39,793 bases of DNA, from positions 1 through 39,793 of IMG/VR virus record IMGVR_UViG_3300017913_001925. One strand, given 5' to 3'. Positions within the stretch are counted from its first letter, which is position 1; every line of letters begins with the position of its first letter. Of this stretch, positions 35,972-39,793 are shown piece by piece. Below the pieces are notes generated by a model. It did not search any database. It saw only the letters and a program-made list of their open reading frames with translations, and was not told where the DNA came from. This DNA is from a virus. Its lineage: Duplodnaviria; Caudoviricetes. The position numbers and the translations under genes were made by a program.

Positions 35972-38900
35972 ATGGCAACTTGGAAAAAAGTAATAGTCTC
36001 GGGCTCTAGAGCAGAATTTGCAGATGCATCGGGATCATTTAGCGGTTCATTTGTAGGTGACGGTTCAGGCTTAACTGGCGTAACTGCAGACGGAACGTTA
36101 TCATCATCAGCTCAGATAGCGTCTGATATATCAGGTGCGTTATCGGTAACGGCATTAAATGCAGTATCACCAGGCATTATATCTGGTGCAGCACAACTTC
36201 CTTCAGGTACAGTATCTGGCTCGGCTCAAACGATCGCTAACTTACCTTCAGGAACAGTATCTGGATCTGCACAAACAGTTGAAAATTTACCTTCTGGTAC
36301 TATATCTGGATCAGCTCAGCTACCTTCAGGAATTGTAAGTAGTTCAGCTCAAACAGTAGCAAATCTACCATCAGGTACTATTTCAGGTTCGGCACAGTTG
36401 CCAGCTGGAACGGTATCAGGTTCGGCTCAGACTATTGCTAACTTACCAGCAGGAACAGTATCTGGATCAGCTCAAGTAAATGCAGATAGTATTACAAACT
36501 TTGATACTAACGTTGATGCTAGATTAGATGCTAAAAACGTAATTTCATCTTCTACACAGATTGACGGTGATTTCTTAAACACCACAGGAGATGACGTATT
36601 ATCTGGATCAGCTCAGATTGCTAGTGATATTAGTGGATCACTTTCTAACACAGCAATAGCAGCTTTAGGTGCAGGTATTTTATCAGGTTCAGCTCAGTTG
36701 CCAGACGGACTTGTTTCTAGTTCAGCACAAACGATTGCTAACTTACCTAGTGGAACAGTTAGTGGTAGTGCACAGACAGTAGAAAATTTACCTAGTGGTA
36801 CTATTTCTGGTTCAGCTCAATTACCTGGCGGTATTGTTTCTGGATCAGCTCAAACAATAGCCAATCTTCCAAGTGGTACAGTATCAGGTTCAGCACAAAC
36901 AATCGCTAACTTACCATCAGGAGTGGTTTCTGGTTCAGGTCAATTAAGTGATATTCTACCAAGTGGTACAGTATCTGGATCAGCTCAAACTATAGAAAAC
37001 TTACCAGCAGGCACAGTATCAGGTTCAGCACAGCTACCAGCAGGATTAGTTTCTGCATCAGCTGAAGGTAGTAACCAGGGTCAAATTGACTTAAACGGAG
37101 TAGCAGTAGATATTAATGACTTAGGTACTGGTGATTCTCCAACGTTCGTTAATTTAACACTAACTGGTGATTTAGAAGTACAAGGTACTACAACAACTAT
37201 CGATTCAGAAACGTTAGTAGTACAAGACAATATTATAGCACTTAACGGTACAGCAGCCGCTAAAGGGGGTCTTGCTGTTAATGATGCTACAGCACCAAAT
37301 ACAAACTCAGGTTCATTATTATGGGATTCAGCTCAGGATTACTGGATTGCTGGTCCTACTGGATCTGAAACAAAAGTATTTGTAGCAGGAGCTACAGGAG
37401 ACGGATTAGTTTCCGGTTCAGGTCAGATCCCAGATTTACTACCATCAGGAGTAGTATCAGGATCTGCACAGACAGTTGCTAATTTACCCAGTGGAACAGT
37501 AAGTGGTTCAGCACAAACAATAGCTAACTTACCAAGTGGTACGGTATCTGGTTCTGCTCAAACTATAGCAAACTTACCATCAGGGACTATATCAGGTTCG
37601 TCTCAATTAGACAATACAAGATTAGATTTAACTGATGCTTCTGGTTCATTTAGTGGTTCATTTGTAGGTGACGGTTCAGGATTAACAGGAGTAACAGCAG
37701 ATGGTACTTTAAGTAGTTCAGCTCAAATTGCTGACGACATATCAGGATCGTTATCTAAATCAGCTCTTAACACAGTATCAGCTGGAATTGTAAGTAGTTC
37801 AACTCAAACAGTTGCTAACTTATTAAATCAAGCAACAGACTTCGGTACTGGTAGAGTAAGTGGTGATGATTTTGGAGATAGTGACGGTAGTTCAACATTT
37901 ACTGGTTCATTTAACGGTGACGGTTCTTTACTTACCAATATTACAGTAGATCAAAACGCTACAGTATCAGCTTCATTTAGTAATGCAACCACTAGATCAA
38001 TTAGTCACAACTTTGATAGTGATAATGTAATAGTAGTTGCTTACGATGATCAAGATGAGCAGTTTATACCATCTACAATTAAAGCTGTAGATAGTAATAC
38101 CATTGAATTACACTTCTCAGAAGTAACATCTGGTAGAGCGATTGTAGCAAGAGGTGGCCATATCGTATCTGGATCTATTCCATTCGATAACATCATCAAC
38201 AAACCAACACTAGTAAGTGGTTCAGCTCAATTAGCAAGTGACATTTCAGGATCACTTTCCAACACAGCAATTGCAGCTTTAGGAGCAGGTATTGTATCAG
38301 GTTCATCTCAAATTGGAAATGGTATAGTAAGTAGTTCTGCTCAAACTATTGCAAACTTACCATCAGGTACTGTATCAGGTTCAGCACAAACGGTAGCTAA
38401 TTTACCAGCAGGAACAGTATCTGGTTCGTCACAAGTTAATGCAGATAGTATTGTTAACTTCGATACTAATGTAGTTGCAGGCTTACCTTCTGGTACAGTA
38501 TCAGGATCAGCTCAAACGATTGCTAATTTACCAAGCGGTACTATTTCAGGATCGTCTCAATTAGATAACACAAGATTAGACCTAACAGATGCTAGTGGTT
38601 CATTCAGTGGTTCATTTGTAGGTGATGGTTCTGGATTAACAGGAGTTACTGCTGACGGAACATTATCAAGTTCAGCTCAGATAGCAGATGATATTTCAGG
38701 ATCGTTATCAAATACAGCGATTGCAGCTTTAGGTGCAGGAATTGTATCAGCATCGGTACTTGAATCAACTGGTCAAGGTGAAGCTAGATTAGTAACCAAC
38801 GATGTTAATGGTTCAACAATTGACTTAGGATTACAAACAACAGACTCTCCAACGTTTGCTGGATTGACAGTAAATGGTGACTTACTTGTTACAGGTGATA

Positions 38901-39232
38901 CTATCGAATCTCAAGTAACTAACTTGAATATTGCAGATAAGTATATTTTACTTAACTCAGGCAGTACATCAGGTGATTCAGGTATTATATTTGGTGGAGC
39001 TGACGGAACAGCTAACCAAGGAGTTGGATTATTCTGGGATAATGGCTATAATAGTAATGATGGTCGTCTTGCGGTTGTTAATTCTATTGCAGCTGGAGCA
39101 ACAGCAGATCAAACACCAGCCTACCATATTGCAGCAGTATTTGAAGGAACTGAAGCCAATGCAGCAACAGCTCAAGCAGATCATGCAGGTAACATAAGAG
39201 TTGAATCAAATGAGATTTACATTTATGTATAA
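35972..39232 (+). CDS. 1086-aa repetitive fibre-like structural protein
   Basis: MATWKKVIVSGS start; many LPSGTVSGSAQ(TIAN) repeats; GDLxVxG...V.DNII.LN domains twice; HNFDS motif. Confidence 0.78.
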   Translation: MATWKKVIVSGSRAEFADASGSFSGSFVGDGSGLTGVTADGTLSSSAQIASDISGALSVTALNAVSPGIISGAAQLPSGTVSGSAQTIANLPSGTVSGSAQTVENLPSGTISGSAQLPSGIVSSSAQTVANLPSGTISGSAQLPAGTVSGSAQTIANLPAGTVSGSAQVNADSITNFDTNVDARLDAKNVISSSTQIDGDFLNTTGDDVLSGSAQIASDISGSLSNTAIAALGAGILSGSAQLPDGLVSSSAQTIANLPSGTVSGSAQTVENLPSGTISGSAQLPGGIVSGSAQTIANLPSGTVSGSAQTIANLPSGVVSGSGQLSDILPSGTVSGSAQTIENLPAGTVSGSAQLPAGLVSASAEGSNQGQIDLNGVAVDINDLGTGDSPTFVNLTLTGDLEVQGTTTTIDSETLVVQDNIIALNGTAAAKGGLAVNDATAPNTNSGSLLWDSAQDYWIAGPTGSETKVFVAGATGDGLVSGSGQIPDLLPSGVVSGSAQTVANLPSGTVSGSAQTIANLPSGTVSGSAQTIANLPSGTISGSSQLDNTRLDLTDASGSFSGSFVGDGSGLTGVTADGTLSSSAQIADDISGSLSKSALNTVSAGIVSSSTQTVANLLNQATDFGTGRVSGDDFGDSDGSSTFTGSFNGDGSLLTNITVDQNATVSASFSNATTRSISHNFDSDNVIVVAYDDQDEQFIPSTIKAVDSNTIELHFSEVTSGRAIVARGGHIVSGSIPFDNIINKPTLVSGSAQLASDISGSLSNTAIAALGAGIVSGSSQIGNGIVSSSAQTIANLPSGTVSGSAQTVANLPAGTVSGSSQVNADSIVNFDTNVVAGLPSGTVSGSAQTIANLPSGTISGSSQLDNTRLDLTDASGSFSGSFVGDGSGLTGVTADGTLSSSAQIADDISGSLSNTAIAALGAGIVSASVLESTGQGEARLVTNDVNGSTIDLGLQTTDSPTFAGLTVNGDLLVTGDTIESQVTNLNIADKYILLNSGSTSGDSGIIFGGADGTANQGVGLFWDNGYNSNDGRLAVVNSIAAGATADQTPAYHIAAVFEGTEANAATAQADHAGNIRVESNEIYIYV
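36195..38560 (+). repeat. blocks of 11/15-aa LPxG[TIV][VI]SGS[AS]Q(TxxN) repeats
   Basis: More than 20 copies visible in translation, arranged in four blocks; DNA copies diverge at synonymous sites. Confidence 0.9.
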
Positions 39233-39242
39233 TAGATAAAAA

Positions 39243-39443
39243 ATGTTAAAAAGGTTTTTAATGGCAATAAAAGGAAAAAGAAACGTTGGAGGGACTCAAT
39301 CGCAAGGTCCCTCTAACCTTTTCACAAAACCAGAAGCAGCATTTGTAGCTTCTAAATTACAGCAGGCTAATTACAAAGGTTCTGAATTTGATACTTACCA
39401 ACAGGTTATGTTGAAGTTAAAAGAACTATTAGATAAGAAGTAA
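39243..39443 (+). CDS. small hypothetical protein
   Basis: ORF track; the start may be the second Met at 39261 (MAIKGKR). Confidence 0.6.
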   Translation: MLKRFLMAIKGKRNVGGTQSQGPSNLFTKPEAAFVASKLQQANYKGSEFDTYQQVMLKLKELLDKK

Positions 39444-39793
39444 ATGGCAGTAATATTTAAGAATTCTAATGTTACCTCCTTAAGAGTCAATAACTCTATT
39501 ATTGATGACGGCTTAGTCATGTTTTATGATGTAGCTAACCCAGTAAGCTATCAGAGCGGTAGCTCAGATATAATTGATCTAAGCAGCTCAGACCTAGGTG
39601 GGGAACTTATTAATAACCCTACGTTTAATTTAAATCCTCTTTATTTTACTGGATTTGAAGATGATGAATACGTCGGTACTACCAATACCGGCTGGGCAAG
39701 TGTAATACCAACAGGTAATTCAGAAAGAACTATTATATGTGCCTTTAGAACACCAAACGCATTTACAGCTAACTATTATCATATTTTACACTA
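39444..39793 (+). CDS. LamG/ConA-like lectin-domain virion protein, 5' part (runs off window)
   Basis: Read by hand: MAVIFKN...IIDDGLVMFYDVANPVSYQSGSSDIIDLSS...GELINNPTF, typical start of phage LamG-like domains; not in the ORF track. Confidence 0.7.
   Translation, partial: MAVIFKNSNVTSLRVNNSIIDDGLVMFYDVANPVSYQSGSSDIIDLSSSDLGGELINNPTFNLNPLYFTGFEDDEYVGTTNTGWASVIPTGNSERTIICAFRTPNAFTANYYHILH

Noticed and set aside
36000-38760. Repeats as CRISPR array or DGR template/variable pair
   Set aside because: The repeats are in-frame protein repeats differing at synonymous positions, with no unique spacers, no adenine-specific variation and no reverse transcriptase in the window.
1-39793. Stop-codon reassignment
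   Set aside because: Standard code gives near-complete coding density; TAA, TAG and TGA all terminate genes at sensible boundaries.

Overview
This window is an AT-rich, entirely plus-strand, densely packed segment of a T4-like (myovirus-type) bacteriophage genome. The host is most likely Bacteroidota: genes lack Shine-Dalgarno sites, a TTG-N20-TATCTTTA promoter precedes the primase, and there is a Bacteroidota-style lipoprotein. Gene order: small basic proteins, DNA primase, PD-(D/E)XK exonuclease, lipoprotein, zeta-like kinase, HxGH nucleotidyltransferase fused to two HExxH modules, HAD nucleotidase, accessory or modular proteins, then large terminase, portal, core proteins, gp21-like prohead protease, scaffold, gp23-like major capsid, gp13/14/15-like neck proteins and long Ser/Gly/Thr-rich repeat fibre proteins. 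The most notable signal is a shared ~9-13 aa N-terminal leader (MKLxx[IL][ILF]LE and variants) on about a dozen otherwise unrelated proteins, including enzymes. Two large mosaic proteins are also punctuated by [LMIV]-x-E sites. Together these suggest an expanded capsid-targeting and protease-processed internal-cargo system, analogous to but much larger than the T4 internal-protein CTS. A TATTTATA motif, the exact reverse complement of the T4 late promoter, precedes the late gene blocks on the sense strand. All family assignments are from motif recognition by eye; no database searches were run.
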